Shown here in pieces: positions 61,852-64,000 of a stretch of DNA of 64,000 nt. Location of the stretch: assembly GCA_003599575.1 (NCBI GenBank), contig QZKV01000001.1, positions 2,171 through 66,170 on the forward strand, written 5' to 3'. A program made the position numbers and the translations under genes. This DNA comes from Desulfobacteraceae bacterium (GTDB taxonomy: Bacteria > Desulfobacterota > Desulfobacteria > Desulfobacterales > Desulfosarcinaceae). A model generated the notes under the pieces. It ran no database searches. It had not been told where the DNA came from and was given only the letters and a program-made list of their open reading frames with translations. The first letter of the stretch is position 1; the number at the start of each line of letters is the position of its first letter.

Positions 61852-62892
61852 CTACCAGCGGATGCCCAGCATCAAACAATTCAAGCCGCTGCCGATTCCC
61901 AGGAAGGCCACGAGGTCTCCGGCCTGCAGGAATTGGCGCTCTTCGGCAATGGCCGCCGTGATCGGCAGCGATACGGTTCCGATGTTGCCCAAATAGCGGT
62001 AGGTACTGAAATCCTTGGACGGATCGATGCCGATGGATTCCAAGATCGTGCGTTGATGCACCGAACCCACCTGGTGGCAGATGACTTTGTCGGGTTTGTC
62101 CGCCGGCCAGTCCAATTCAAGCTTGAAGGCCCGGTAGGTTTCGATTCCCAGGGCCACACCATGTTTGAGCACACCCACCGAATCGGTCCTCATGACGTGA
62201 GCAAGACTGGCCGGGATGCCGGTATCCGGTCCCCAGGTGCATAACTGGTGATATCGGGTCGCGTTGCGGGTTAATCCTCCCAGCAGGCGGTGTCCGTGTT
62301 CGCAACGCGATGCTTCGCTCAACACCACCGCAACGGCGCCGGAGCCGCCGGTGAGGGTGGCAATCGTCTCTTTGAAAACCGCCATGCTGTTGGTTTCCAA
62401 AAGGCGCCGAACGGTCGTTTCGACGATCTGACGCGCCGATTCGCACGACACCACCATCCCGGCGCGGATCTGTCCCAACTCGATGGCATTGGCGATCTGC
62501 ACCATCCCGTTGAGCACCCCCAAACAGGCATTGGATACGTCATAGATCTCGGCTTCGGCCTTGATGCCCAAGCGATCGGCAACCGCACAGGCGGTGGCCG
62601 GCTCCAGATTTTCGCGGCATACGCCGGCATAGATCAGCATACCGATTTCGTGCGGCTGTATGCCGGTGGCCGCCAGCGCCTTTTTCCCGGCCAACACGGC
62701 ACCCGCGGAGATGCGCATGTCGGGGTCCCAGAAGCGGCGCTCGGCAATGCCCGTGAGCGCCTGCAGCTGACCGGGCTGTAAATGAAGGCTGTCATACAAT
62801 TTGATGAGTCTTTTTTCCAAATCATCCGAGGACACCACATTGGGCGCCAACTCATAGCCGAATCCGGCAATACATACTTTCGTATAGCGCAT
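61852..62892 (-). CDS. oleA: OleA acyl-CoA head-to-head condensing enzyme (thiolase/FabH-like)
   Basis: LTGIAERRFW, RENLEPATA (OleA catalytic Glu region), SNACLG, CHQVG, GNIG, GIGSGLNC. Confidence 0.9.
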   Translation of the reverse strand: MRYTKVCIAGFGYELAPNVVSSDDLEKRLIKLYDSLHLQPGQLQALTGIAERRFWDPDMRISAGAVLAGKKALAATGIQPHEIGMLIYAGVCRENLEPATACAVADRLGIKAEAEIYDVSNACLGVLNGMVQIANAIELGQIRAGMVVSCESARQIVETTVRRLLETNSMAVFKETIATLTGGSGAVAVVLSEASRCEHGHRLLGGLTRNATRYHQLCTWGPDTGIPASLAHVMRTDSVGVLKHGVALGIETYRAFKLELDWPADKPDKVICHQVGSVHQRTILESIGIDPSKDFSTYRYLGNIGTVSLPITAAIAEERQFLQAGDLVAFLGIGSGLNCLMLGIRW

Positions 62893-62904
62893 ACACGCAA
62901 TCCA

Positions 62905-64000
62905 TCATCTATTTAAATTTACAAGTTTTAATCCGAATCCGTTCATTTTATATATATAAAGGCCGTCCACTTGCAACCAGCCATCGGCCATGATCACCGG
63001 TTGCGATCCCGCCTCCTTTTGCGTGACCACCGCCTCCACGATGACGGTGTGATTGGACGGAATCACCTGACCCCGGTATTGCCATTCATGCGTCTGACCG
63101 CAAAGCATTTCGAAGCCATGGGTGTCGCGGGAGTCGGTCCAGAGCTGCAAGGCCGCATATTTGAGCAACTGCAGGAAGGATTCGATCCCCAGCGATCCGG
63201 GACACACCGGATCCTGATAGAAATGGGCCTTGAAGAACCATTCGGACGGATCGATGCGCTTGTGGCCACGGATATAGCCCAGTCCGTGTGGACCGCCTTG
63301 GGGATCGAAGCATTCGATAGCATCGATCATGCGCAGGGCTCTGGCAGGCATGCGCAACCCTTCATTGTAAAATCGATGGCTTGGCGGCACATCATCCGGC
63401 TGGAACGGCGCTTCATCAGGCAGGTGATCCGGCCCGCCGCTGAACCCATCACCGGGGTGCAAATGGATTGCTTCACGAAGCCCCACTTGTTGGGCCAAGG
63501 TCCGGTCCGTGAAAAAACCGAAATAGGTGGTACCAGTGTAAACGGGTCCCTGCTGGCCGAGAACTTCGAATTCGAAATTCTCGATGATCATATCGGCCGC
63601 TTCGGACACTCTGTCGATGCGGGTGCGCATGGTCAGGGTCTGTGCGCCCGGGATCAGGTTTTGATGCAGTGTGGCCCGGCCGCCCAGATTGCGGAACTTG
63701 AGATCTTTTTGGCTTCTCAGCGCCGAGCCGGCGTAGGCCGCCAACCAGCCGCAGGGCTGCAGGGCGATTTCCAACAGCACGCAAAACGGCATCACCCCGC
63801 TGCGGTCGGCGGCAAAATACCATCCCTCGGCCGGCACATCGTATTGCGCCTCGATCCAGCCGCCGGATTTGAGCACCCAAGGCTTGGGCTCGATCGAGGT
63901 GACGCGGTCCATAAAGGAAAAGGGCGGCGCGGGCAGGCGGGCAATGCGGCGCTGCGCGTCGAACTCGGCATAACGGTCGCCAAATGCCTTGGAAGGCCGT
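62905..64000 (-). CDS. C-terminal FabA-like dehydratase domains of a PfaC/PfaBC-type PUFA synthase (5' end outside the window)
   Basis: RLPAPPFSFMDRV..., WYF...MPFCVLLEIALQPCGW, WFFKAHFYQDPVCPGSLGIE, YRGQV; the frame stays open to the window edge. Confidence 0.85.
   Translation of the reverse strand, partial: RPSKAFGDRYAEFDAQRRIARLPAPPFSFMDRVTSIEPKPWVLKSGGWIEAQYDVPAEGWYFAADRSGVMPFCVLLEIALQPCGWLAAYAGSALRSQKDLKFRNLGGRATLHQNLIPGAQTLTMRTRIDRVSEAADMIIENFEFEVLGQQGPVYTGTTYFGFFTDRTLAQQVGLREAIHLHPGDGFSGGPDHLPDEAPFQPDDVPPSHRFYNEGLRMPARALRMIDAIECFDPQGGPHGLGYIRGHKRIDPSEWFFKAHFYQDPVCPGSLGIESFLQLLKYAALQLWTDSRDTHGFEMLCGQTHEWQYRGQVIPSNHTVIVEAVVTQKEAGSQPVIMADGWLQVDGLYIYKMNGFGLKLVNLNR

Noticed and set aside
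1-64000. CRISPR arrays, rRNA, tRNA, IS elements, prophage
   Set aside because: No regularly spaced repeats, RNA gene signatures, transposases or integrases were seen by eye.

Overview
Window from a GC-rich bacterium whose gene content suggests a Desulfobacterales-like deltaproteobacterium (inference). It is mostly housekeeping or conserved genes: sodC, SNF2 helicase, pgi/pgm, aceEF-lpdA, an Mla/Pqi-type lipid ABC system, ispF, uvrBC, mdh, an MglA-GTPase signalling cluster, purC, ppi and patB. An oleABCD olefin cluster lies directly downstream of a Pfa-type PUFA synthase gene at the right edge. No rRNA, tRNA, CRISPR array or intact mobile element was seen. The standout is at about 12.0-18.1 kb: a sigma70-like promoter and a SAM-I riboswitch precede a three-gene operon. 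It encodes an unusual AT-ACP-KS-ACP mini-PKS whose AT lacks the malonyl-binding Arg, a stand-alone (core) MetE-like Zn thiol-alkyltransferase, and an FMO/BVMO-like flavoprotein lacking the usual fingerprint His. This may be an undescribed carrier-protein-based route to methionine or a related thioether. All calls come from reading motifs by eye; no database searches were run.
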